DNA of 15,655 bases, taken from positions 1 to 15,655 of the forward strand of contig CAXHAT010000183.1 of assembly GCA_964014485.1 (NCBI GenBank). Reading direction: 5' to 3'. The notes under the pieces are model-generated. The model was not told the DNA's origin, ran no database searches, and saw nothing but the letters and a program-made list of their open reading frames with translations. A program made the translations under genes and the position numbers. Source of the DNA: an uncultured Deferribacteres bacterium (GTDB taxonomy: Bacteria > Zhuqueibacterota > Zhuqueibacteria > Zhuqueibacterales > Geothermadaptataceae). Position 1 is the stretch's first letter. Every line of letters starts with the position of its first letter. Positions 1 through 8,000 of this stretch are shown piece after piece.

Positions 1-2
1 CC

Positions 3-1013
3 GCGCTTCTGCTTGCCGCATGCAATTCCGGAACGCGCCACGCCGGAGATTTGTCTTCCAACGTTCCGGTTTACTCGCATGAAATTTCCGAATCGGTGCA
101 GGAAATTTTGCCGTCGCTTGTTGAAGTCGTCTCCATTCTCGACTACAATATTGAGAATTTTGTTTATGACGTTTCTTCCGGCGCGTATGTTCGTGACCCT
201 AAAAGCCCGGTAGGCTATAAACTTGACCGTTCCGAAGGACAAAACGGCGTTATTCGAAACAAAGAAAACATCCAGTCTTTTGGCGGGGGACTGGTTATCG
301 GCGAGAGCTCCGAGAATTACCTCGTTCTCACGAGTCGACACATTGTCGTGCATAATGATACGCTCAATTATTTCATGCGTTTGGGAGGCAGACAAACCGA
401 TGTGCTTCGATCACGCGCCGTTATCCGCGACGCCCGCCTTGCGATTCGTGAGCAGGAAAGAAACGCCCTTTACAACGCTTCCCTGATCGCGGAGAGTTAC
501 CGCACCGATCTTGCCTTGATCTCTTACTCAAAATTCCAAACTTTGAATCGGGTTTACGACGGCGCCGTGGCTGAGAACATTTATCCGATTTGGGGCAAAC
601 TCGGCGTGATTATGGGCTATCCTGACGAAGTGATGCAATTGGCGATGGGCATTTTGAGCGACTCGCCTTATCCCGGCAATTTCGGCATCAATATCAACGG
701 CACGTTTGGCTATTCCGGCGGACCGGTTTTTTTGCTTTCAAAAAAGGGCGCTTTGGCGTTTGCCGGGGTGGGGAGGAGCGTTCCCGGGAAAAAATACTTT
801 ATCGTCCAGCCTGACACGTCCCTGCAATTTTCGACAAAACTTTTTCCTGAAGATATTTCCAAGTTGCACGTCCGCGAAGTGCCGATACTGAGTCAAAGCC
901 GCATGTATGCGGTCGATGCGAAAGCGATTAGCAGATTTCTAAAAGAGACGCGAGCAAGACTGATCACGGAACGTTTCCGTCTTGCGCCGGCGTTTCGGAG
1001 AATGGCAAGATGA
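3..1013 (+). CDS. Trypsin-like (S1/PA clan) serine protease, probable lipoprotein; 5' end lies outside the window
   Basis: Triad-like motifs occur in order: LVLTSRHIV (His), TDLALI (Asp), GYSGGPVF (Ser). The frame is open upstream of the listed TTG at 51 and reads ALLLAACNSG from position 3, a lipobox LAA-C with Cys at 21-23. Confidence 0.8.
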   Translation, partial: ALLLAACNSGTRHAGDLSSNVPVYSHEISESVQEILPSLVEVVSILDYNIENFVYDVSSGAYVRDPKSPVGYKLDRSEGQNGVIRNKENIQSFGGGLVIGESSENYLVLTSRHIVVHNDTLNYFMRLGGRQTDVLRSRAVIRDARLAIREQERNALYNASLIAESYRTDLALISYSKFQTLNRVYDGAVAENIYPIWGKLGVIMGYPDEVMQLAMGILSDSPYPGNFGININGTFGYSGGPVFLLSKKGALAFAGVGRSVPGKKYFIVQPDTSLQFSTKLFPEDISKLHVREVPILSQSRMYAVDAKAISRFLKETRARLITERFRLAPAFRRMAR

Positions 1014-1287
1014 AATTCGTCAAAGCGTAATAAATTCATCGTCTTCTTCTATTTTACCAACAGTTCCTCCTGAATGAGAGCGTATTTGGAAAGTCTCCAA
1101 TTGTCATGCTGGAAGCATCTTTTTTAGTCTTTTCCGCAAAAGTTGCGGGAACGTTCACGCCTGGCTACCCAAAAAAGATTCCTGCGGAATGACAAAAAAA
1201 GACTTTCCAAATACGCTCTGACATTTTTAGATGTGTGTAGAAAACTTATTTTGAGAATTGTGTGAACATTACAAAGGAGAGTTTTCC

Positions 1288-3345
1288 ATGAAAAAAACAG
1301 TGACTTTTCTTGCGATCGTACTCGGCGCATCCTGTGTATTCGGCTTCAGCGAACCGAACGACAAAGGCGACCTGAAAGTTTTTGAACCGCTTGACGTTTT
1401 TCAGCTTGAATACACCAGCGATCCGCAAATTTCTCCTGACGGCGGGCAAATCGTTTACGCGCGCGGATTCATGGACGTCATGTCCGACAGATCGCGTTCG
1501 AACCTTTGGATCATCAATTTTGATGGAACGGGGCACAGACCGCTGACTTCGGGCAACCATTCGCATCGTTCGCCGCGCTGGTCGCCCGACGGCAAAAAGT
1601 TGCTTTATCTTTCCAGCGAAGAAGGCTCGACGCAGCTTTATATTCGCTGGATGGACACAGGCCAAAACGCCAAAATCACCAATCTTACCAGTTCGCCCGG
1701 CGGATTGAGCTGGTCGCCGGACGGCAAGTGGATCGCTTTCTCCATGTTTGTGAAAAAAGCGCCGAAAACCTTCGCCAAAATGCCGTCAAAGCCGCAGGGC
1801 GCCAAGTGGGCGAAATCCGCGATTTATATCGATAAAATGAATTACCGCGCCGACGGCAGAGGTTATTTGCCGGAAGGCTACACGCACATTTTTGTACTCT
1901 CTTCCGAAGGCGGCACGCCGCGCCAACTAACTGACGGCGATTTTAATCATGGGGGCGGGCTTTCCTGGTCGCCTGACGGAAAATCGATTATTTTCTCCGC
2001 CAACCGACACGACGAATGGGAATACAGCCCGAATAATTCAGAAGTTTTTGAGCTGAACGTCATGTCAGGTGAACTGACGCAACTGACAGATCGCAACGGC
2101 CCTGACGGCGGCCCGGTCGTTTCTCCGGACGGCAAGAAAATCGCCTACACCGGCTTTGACGACGTTTTGCACGGCTACAACGTGTCCAAATTATACGTGA
2201 TGAATCGCGACGGCAGCGACTCGCGCGTGATTGCCGAAGACCTTGATCGCAGTCCGGGGCGCTTGAATTGGAGCGGCGACGGTAAGGGCCTTTATTTTCA
2301 GTATGACGATAAGGGCAACACGAAAATCGCCTATGTTTCCCTCGACGGCAAAGTGCAAACGCTGGTCGGCGACGTGGGCGGCTTGTCGCTGGGACGGCCT
2401 TATGGCGGCGGCATGTACACGGTCGCTTCAAACGGTCATTTTGCCTACACCTACTCTCGCCCGGATCATCCCGCCGACATTGCGGTCGGCAAAAAGAGCG
2501 GCGGCTTCCAGCGCTTGACCAAAGTGAACGAAGACCTTTTCGGCCACAAAACTTTGGCGGAAGTTGAAGAAATGTGGTGCAAGTCATCTTTTGATCAGCG
2601 CGATATCCAATCCTGGATCGCCAAACCGCCGGGTTTTGACGCGAGTAAAAAATATCCGCTGGTTCTCGAAATCCACGGCGGACCATTCGCCAACTACGGC
2701 GACCGTTTTGCTTCGGAAATTCAACTCTACGCAGCGGCGGGCTACGTTGTACTTTACGTCAATCCGCGCGGCAGCAGCAGCTACGGCAAGGAATTCGGCA
2801 ACTTGATCCATCACAACTATCCCGGCGAAGACTACGACGATTTGATTTCGGCGGTCGATGCAGTGATCGCGAAAGGCTACATCGACGAAAATAATTTGTT
2901 CGTCACAGGGGGCAGCGGCGGCGGCGTTCTGTCAAGCTGGATTATCGGCCACACGGATCGATTCAGCGCGGCGGTCGTGCAAAAGCCGGTCATCAACTGG
3001 TACAGCTTTGTGCTCACCGCCGACGGCCCGGCGTTTTTCTACAAGTACTGGTTCCCCGGTTATCCGTGGGATCATTTGGAGCATTACATGAAGCGCTCGC
3101 CGCTGCACCACGTCGGTAAAGTGACAACGCCGACGATGCTGCTCACCGGCGAAGCGGATTATCGTACGCCGATTTCAGAATCAGAACAGTATTACACGGC
3201 ATTGAAAATTCGCAAAATCGACGCGGCGCTCGTGCGCATTCCCGACGCCAGTCACGGCATCGCCGCGCGGCCAAGCAACCTGATCGCCAAAGTCGCGCAC
3301 GTCTTGGGCTGGTTTAAAAAATATCGTGAAGACGGCGACGATTGA
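1288..3345 (+). CDS. Secreted S9 family peptidase (acylaminoacyl/dipeptidyl aminopeptidase-like) with N-terminal PD40/TolB-like beta-propeller
   Basis: AAAGGAG Shine-Dalgarno precedes ATG 1288, followed by signal peptide MKKTVTFLAIVLGASCVFG. The propeller has repeated WSPDGK motifs. The hydrolase domain has IHGGP, NPRGS, nucleophile GGSGGG, GEADYRT (Asp) and ASHGI (His). Confidence 0.93.
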   Translation: MKKTVTFLAIVLGASCVFGFSEPNDKGDLKVFEPLDVFQLEYTSDPQISPDGGQIVYARGFMDVMSDRSRSNLWIINFDGTGHRPLTSGNHSHRSPRWSPDGKKLLYLSSEEGSTQLYIRWMDTGQNAKITNLTSSPGGLSWSPDGKWIAFSMFVKKAPKTFAKMPSKPQGAKWAKSAIYIDKMNYRADGRGYLPEGYTHIFVLSSEGGTPRQLTDGDFNHGGGLSWSPDGKSIIFSANRHDEWEYSPNNSEVFELNVMSGELTQLTDRNGPDGGPVVSPDGKKIAYTGFDDVLHGYNVSKLYVMNRDGSDSRVIAEDLDRSPGRLNWSGDGKGLYFQYDDKGNTKIAYVSLDGKVQTLVGDVGGLSLGRPYGGGMYTVASNGHFAYTYSRPDHPADIAVGKKSGGFQRLTKVNEDLFGHKTLAEVEEMWCKSSFDQRDIQSWIAKPPGFDASKKYPLVLEIHGGPFANYGDRFASEIQLYAAAGYVVLYVNPRGSSSYGKEFGNLIHHNYPGEDYDDLISAVDAVIAKGYIDENNLFVTGGSGGGVLSSWIIGHTDRFSAAVVQKPVINWYSFVLTADGPAFFYKYWFPGYPWDHLEHYMKRSPLHHVGKVTTPTMLLTGEADYRTPISESEQYYTALKIRKIDAALVRIPDASHGIAARPSNLIAKVAHVLGWFKKYREDGDD

Positions 3346-3358
3346 GTTTTGGATAAAC

Positions 3359-3390
3359 AAAGAGCGGATGGGTAGATATCCGCTCTTTCT
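3359..3390 (+). terminator. Putative intrinsic terminator hairpin after the S9 peptidase
   Basis: Perfect 11-bp inverted repeat AAAGAGCGGAT (3359-3369) / ATCCGCTCTTT (3378-3388), beginning 14 nt after the stop codon; the T tail is short. Confidence 0.6.
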
Positions 3391-3411
3391 CAATAATTGG
3401 GTCGGCTCTCA

Positions 3412-3828
3412 ATGAAACCGCAACTCACCGCGCATTTTTTCGGCGCCCTGACATCTGCTCCGGCCGGATTGATTATCGCGATCATCTACATTTTTCTTGT
3501 CAAAAAAGACAGCATGCAAGGGTTCGACGCGATTGGATTGACCCTGACAGTCATTCTGTTTCCGTTGGTCGCGATCTTTTTTTCAGCCATTGTTTGGGCG
3601 CCGTTATCAATCTGGCGGACACAGAAAAAAGGCCTGTTTTCCAATGGAGCGGCTTTGGGTTTGGGGTTGCTCATCGGCCTCGTCGTTGCTTTTTTCTGGG
3701 GCGGCACGCGTGCATTTACGAACTCAGGAGTGCCGCCCTTTTTCAACTTCCCAATCATACTCATTTGCGGCTTGTCCGCGCTTATCAATAATTTATTTGT
3801 TCGTCGCCGACTGCATCAACCAAATTGA
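3412..3828 (+). CDS. Hypothetical integral membrane protein (~4 TM helices)
   Basis: Four hydrophobic stretches are separated by short basic loops (VKKD, RTQKK, VRRR). ATG 3412 is preferred over TTG 3397, but the start is uncertain and no family is recognised. Confidence 0.65.
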   Translation: MKPQLTAHFFGALTSAPAGLIIAIIYIFLVKKDSMQGFDAIGLTLTVILFPLVAIFFSAIVWAPLSIWRTQKKGLFSNGAALGLGLLIGLVVAFFWGGTRAFTNSGVPPFFNFPIILICGLSALINNLFVRRRLHQPN

Positions 3829-3921
3829 GGCAAACAAGGAACCGGATTTGCAAACAGATAGAAAGCAATCATCAAAAGAAAAGCACACCAACTTAGCGAA
3901 TGCCTCAAGCGCATTTGAACG

Positions 3922-3962
3922 AAAAGAGCCGCTCAAACGATTGTGATTGAGCGGCTTTTTTT
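3922..3962. terminator. Bidirectional-type intrinsic terminator (copy 1)
   Basis: 10-bp stem AGCCGCTCAA / TTGAGCGGCT with an A-rich run before and a T run after. Confidence 0.8.
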
Positions 3963-4037
3963 CGTTAAAGCGTGTTCTGTGAAAAGATCACTTCACCAAA
4001 GTCATCCGCTTCGAGGCTTCAAAGTCCCCGGCGGTGA
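3922..4037. repeat. Direct repeat copy 1: orphan duplicate of the giant gene's 3' end (15 codons + stop) and terminator
   Basis: Matches 4691-4805 with 6 substitutions and a 1-nt T-run indel; 3992-4037 is identical to 4760-4805. The minus strand reads TAGDFEASKRMTLVK-stop (TGA at 3990-3988). Confidence 0.95.
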
Positions 4038-4099
4038 AGGTGAGACTGGCCAACTTGATTTTTGTTGTCAAGAAGCAGTTTTTGTGTTTTATTATTTTC

Positions 4100-4372
4100 A
4101 TGAAATTTTTGAACTGGAGTCCAGAGAAAAACGAAATTATCAAAAGAGAACGCGGACTTGCTTTTGAAGAAATTGCCTATTTGATTAGGTCTGAGAACAT
4201 CCTTGACATCAAGAAAAACCCGGCATATTCAAATCAGAAATTGTATATTTTAGAGTTGGACGGTTGCGCGGTTGTTGTACCTGCTGTAAAGACCGAAAAT
4301 GAAATATTTCTAAAAACAGCTTTTCCAAGTAGAAAATACACCAAACTTTATGGCTTAGAAGGAAAATTATGA
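4100..4372 (+). CDS. Type II TA toxin, BrnT-like ribonuclease (RelE-fold superfamily)
   Basis: 90 aa from ATG 4100. N-terminal LNWSPEKNEIIKRERGLAFEEI resembles the BrnT-type 'F.W...KN......HG..FEE' pattern, and the C-terminus is EIFLKTAFPSRKYTKLY. It sits toxin-first and overlaps the next gene (ATGA). Confidence 0.8.
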   Translation: MKFLNWSPEKNEIIKRERGLAFEEIAYLIRSENILDIKKNPAYSNQKLYILELDGCAVVVPAVKTENEIFLKTAFPSRKYTKLYGLEGKL

Positions 4373-4665
4373 ATCGATTTAAGGCAAAAGCTTTTGAGCC
4401 GTTAGATGCTGAAGAGCAGGAAGTCATGAAGTCCATCGAAAATCAGGAATGGCAATCGGTTTCCGATTTAAAAAAGGAGAGGAAGAAAGCTGCCGGTGCG
4501 GCAAAAAACGCATTACGGCGCGACCAGCGAATCAATCTCCGGCTTTCCCCAAAAGACTATTCTCAAATCCAAATCAAGGCTATGGAAGAAGGCGTGTCTT
4601 ATCAGACACTAATTGCCAGCGTCATTCACAAATACCTAAACGGCGCTTTGGTTCCGAGAGATTAG
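4369..4665 (+). CDS. Type II TA antitoxin, BrnA/CopG-like with C-terminal ribbon-helix-helix
   Basis: Acidic N-terminus (LDAEEQEVMKSIE) and RHH-like C-terminus RINLRLSPKDYSQIQIKAMEEGVSYQTLIASVIHKY. It is translationally coupled to the toxin, with an AGAAGGA RBS inside the toxin 3' end. Confidence 0.82.
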   Translation: MNRFKAKAFEPLDAEEQEVMKSIENQEWQSVSDLKKERKKAAGAAKNALRRDQRINLRLSPKDYSQIQIKAMEEGVSYQTLIASVIHKYLNGALVPRD

Positions 4666-4689
4666 AAAGCCGGTAAACTTTAATCCAAT

Positions 4690-4730
4690 AAAAAAAGCCG
4701 CTCAAACGATTGTGATTGAGCGGCTTTTTT
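4690..4730. terminator. Bidirectional intrinsic terminator between the convergent TA operon and giant gene
   Basis: AAAAAAGCCGCTCAA-N10-TTGAGCGGCTTTTTT, a perfect stem with A and T tails on either side. Confidence 0.88.
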
Positions 4731-4805
4731 CGTTAAAGCGTGTTCTGGAAGAAGATTATTTCACCAAAGTCATCCGCTTCGAGGCTTCAAAGTCCCCGGC
4801 GGTGA
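4691..4805. repeat. Direct repeat copy 2: functional 3' end and terminator of the giant gene
   Basis: About 94% identical to 3922-4037, at an offset of 768-769 nt. Confidence 0.95.
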
Positions 4806-5015
4806 TTTTGAAAATGTAGACGCCGCTGGAGAGCTTCTTGCCGTTGAAGCGCAGCGTGTGGAATCCGGCGGTGAAAGTGCGATCGGCTAAAATCGCCACC
4901 TCGGAGCCGAGAATGTTGTAGATCTTGAGCGTCACGTGACGGCTCTCCGGCAAGTCGAAGCGAATTTGCGTTGACGGATTGAACGGGTTCGGATAGTTCT
5001 GATGCAGCGCGAATG
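4756..5015 (-). other. T9SS type A-like C-terminal sorting domain
   Basis: FALHQNYPNPFNPSTQIRFDLP...VTLKIYNILGSEVAIL...AGFH...LSSGVYIFKI...SKRMTLVK-stop. Confidence 0.88.
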
Positions 5016-8000
5016 TTACCGGCAAAACTTCCGTCGCCAAACCGCCTTTGCGCTTGCTCAGGAGCGGGCCGGAATAGACTTCGAGTTCATTGATCTTGTA
5101 AGCCGATTTATTGTTGCCAGTCATCAACAAACGGACGTAGCGCGCGGCGACTTGCCCAAAAGTGAATTCATCATCGCCTTCTTCAGATTTGGCGGCGGTG
5201 TGAACCGTCGTCCAGGTTGCGTTGTCATCCGAAGTTTGGAATTCATAAGCCGTTGCGTAGTAACTGCTCTTCCAACGAATAATCACGCGACCGACAATTT
5301 CCGTCTGCTCAAGATCGACGCTCAACCATTGTACCGGCGCCTCATCTTCAACTGACTGCGTGTCGAAATGCGAACCGAGGTCACCATCGAGACCGTCAGG
5401 AATCGGATCGCCGGAATCTTCCGACGATGCTTCTCCCGGCTTGTTGAGCGCGAGGTTGATGCTCGGATCAGCGCCGGAAGCTTCGTCCGTTGTGGCCGAG
5501 GCTTCGTTGCTCGTGCTGGAATTGCCGCCGTCGTTGAAGGCGATCAGGCGATACATGTACGTCGTGCTCGGCGTCAGACCAGTATCCGTGTAGGTCGTAG
5601 AATCCGCCGGAACGCTCGCGACTTGCGCGAAAGCGGCGGCGCCGGTTTTCCGTTCGATTTTGAAGCCGTCTTCGTTGCCGGAATTGTCGTTCCAGATCAA
5701 ATCGATGCTGCTCGCGCCCGCGGTTGTTGCCGCCAAAGCGGTCGGAGCGGAGGGCGGCGTTGGCGGGGCCTCGGTTGTCGCGGATGCTTCGTTGCTGTAA
5801 CCAGAATCGCCCGCGCCGTTTGCAGCGCGCACGCGATAAGTATAACTCGTGGTCGCCGTTAAACCGGAGTCCGCGAAAGCCGTCACGTCAGCGCCGACGG
5901 AAGCGATTTGCGCGAAAGCGCCCGCGCCCGTCTTACGCTCGATTTTGAATTCGCTCTCCACGCTGGCGTTGTCCGTCCAGGCGAGATTGATCACCGTGCT
6001 GCCGTCCGCGGTTGCGGAAAGTGCGCTTGGCGCGGCGGGCGGAGAAGGCGGCGCCGTCCCGGCGTAAATTTCCCACTCATAAATCTTGTATTTCGACGAA
6101 GCGTTCTGGCGCAAATTCAAGCGCACGTAGCGCGCCGTCGTCTGTTTGAAGCTGAAATCATCATCGTCGCGGCTCGCTTTGGTGGTGTCAAAAACCGTCG
6201 TCCAGTCAAGATCATTGAGCGAGACTTCGACGTTGAATTCGCTGGCGTAGGAACCGCCCTTCCAATCGATAAACATCTTGCCGACCGGATATTGCTGACC
6301 GAAATCGATTTTGAGCCATTCCGTCGGGTTGAGTTCATCCGGCTCGATGCTGCTCCATTTCGTATCGAGATCGCCGTCAATCGCCAGCGTTTCCGGCTCA
6401 TCGCCGTCAGCGCTGGAAGCGGAAATGGTTTTGCCAAGCGCCAGATTCACGGTCGGATCGACCATCGCCTGATCCGTCGTGTCGGCGGCTTCGTTGCTGT
6501 AGCCGGAATTGCCGCTGATGTTGTAGGCCAAAATGCGATAAGTGTACGCAGTGTTCGCGGTCAAGCCCGCATCGCTGAACGTTGTGTCGTTCTTAGCCAC
6601 GTTCGCAATTTCAGCGAACGCCTCGGCCCCGGTTTTGCGCTCGATTTTGAAGCCGTCTTCATTGTTCGAGCTGTCCGCCCAGGCAAGGTTGATTTGATCC
6701 GTACCACTAGCGGTCGCGACCAAATTGCCGGGTGCGGTCGGAATCGGCGGCGGCGCGTCGGTGGTTGCCGAGGCGGTGTTGCCATAACCGGAATCGCCGG
6801 TTTCATTATAGGCGCGCAGACGGTAATCGTAGCTCGTGCTCGCGGTCAGGCCGCTGTCGCTGAACGCCGTCACGTTAGAATCGATCAATGCAATTTGGGC
6901 AAAGACTGAGTCGGCGGCAAGTTTGCGTTCGAGCTTGAAACCAGTCTCGCCGCTTGCGTTGTCCGTCCAGGTCAAATTGACTTGGTTCATGCCGTCAGCG
7001 ATGGCCGCGAGCGCGGTCGGTGCGGCAGGCGGCGGCGGCGGCGCGTGCGTTGTGCCGGAGGCTTCGTTACTGTAACCGGAATCGCCCGTGCCGTTGTAGG
7101 CTTTCACACGATAATTGTAGCTCGTGCTTGCCGTCAGACCGGCGTCGCCGTAGCTCGTCTGGTTGGCGGTAACGGTCGCGATTTCCACAAAAGCGCCGCT
7201 TGTATCCTGACGCTCAATTTTGAAGCCGGATTCGTTGTCGGAGCTGTCCGCCCAGCTCAAATTCAATGCCGAAGCGCTGACGGCGGCGACCGTCAGATTT
7301 CCGGGCGCGGCTGGCGGGAGCGGCGGTGCGTCCGTCGTCGCAGAAGCGTCGTTGGTATAGCCGGAATTACCCGCCAGATTCGTCGCGCGAACACGGTAGG
7401 TATACGTCGTGCTCGCGGTCAAACCGGAATCCGCGAAAGCAGTGACATCCACGCCGACCTGGGCGATTTGCGAGAACACCCCCGCGCCGGACTTACGCTC
7501 GATTTTGAAGCCGGTCTCATCGCCAGCGTTGTCCGTCCAGGCGAGATCGACGCGCGTCATGCCGTTGGCCGTTGCGCTCAAAGCGCTTGGCGCAGTCGGC
7601 GGCAGCGGCGTGTCTCCGGCATAAATTTCCCATTCATAGATTTTGTAGGCGCTCTTATTCGCAGCGCGCATATTCAGGCGAGCATGGCGCGCTAACGTCT
7701 GGGTGAAAGTAAAAGCGTCGCTTTCGCTGTCGTCTTTGGTCGTGTCAAAAACCGTCGTCCAGAGCGAATCGTCCAGCGAAACTTCGATATCGAAAGCCGT
7801 CGCGTAATTGCCGCCTTTCCAATCGATGAACGATCTGCCGACCGGCAAGACTTCGCCGAAATCGACTTTTAGCCATTGCAAAGAATCGGTTTCATCGAAT
7901 TTCAGACTTTCCCACTTTGAATCCAAATCAGCATCAAAAGCAAAGCCGGTCGTGTCTTCGGAATCTTCGCTCGACGCTGCATAAATTCTGTTCAGCGCGA

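Noticed and set aside
1124..3393. Minus-strand ORFs overlapping the S9 peptidase
   Set aside because: Antisense shadows of a clearly real gene.
4034..4099. GTG-start extension of the toxin (112 aa)
   Set aside because: The start lies inside the repeat boundary and spans AT-rich promoter-like DNA; BrnT-like similarity begins at ATG 4100.
3922..4805. Diversity-generating retroelement TR/VR pair (gene 3' end plus downstream near-copy)
   Set aside because: Mismatches are not confined to adenines of the non-coding copy, the coding differences are silent, and there is no reverse transcriptase in the window.
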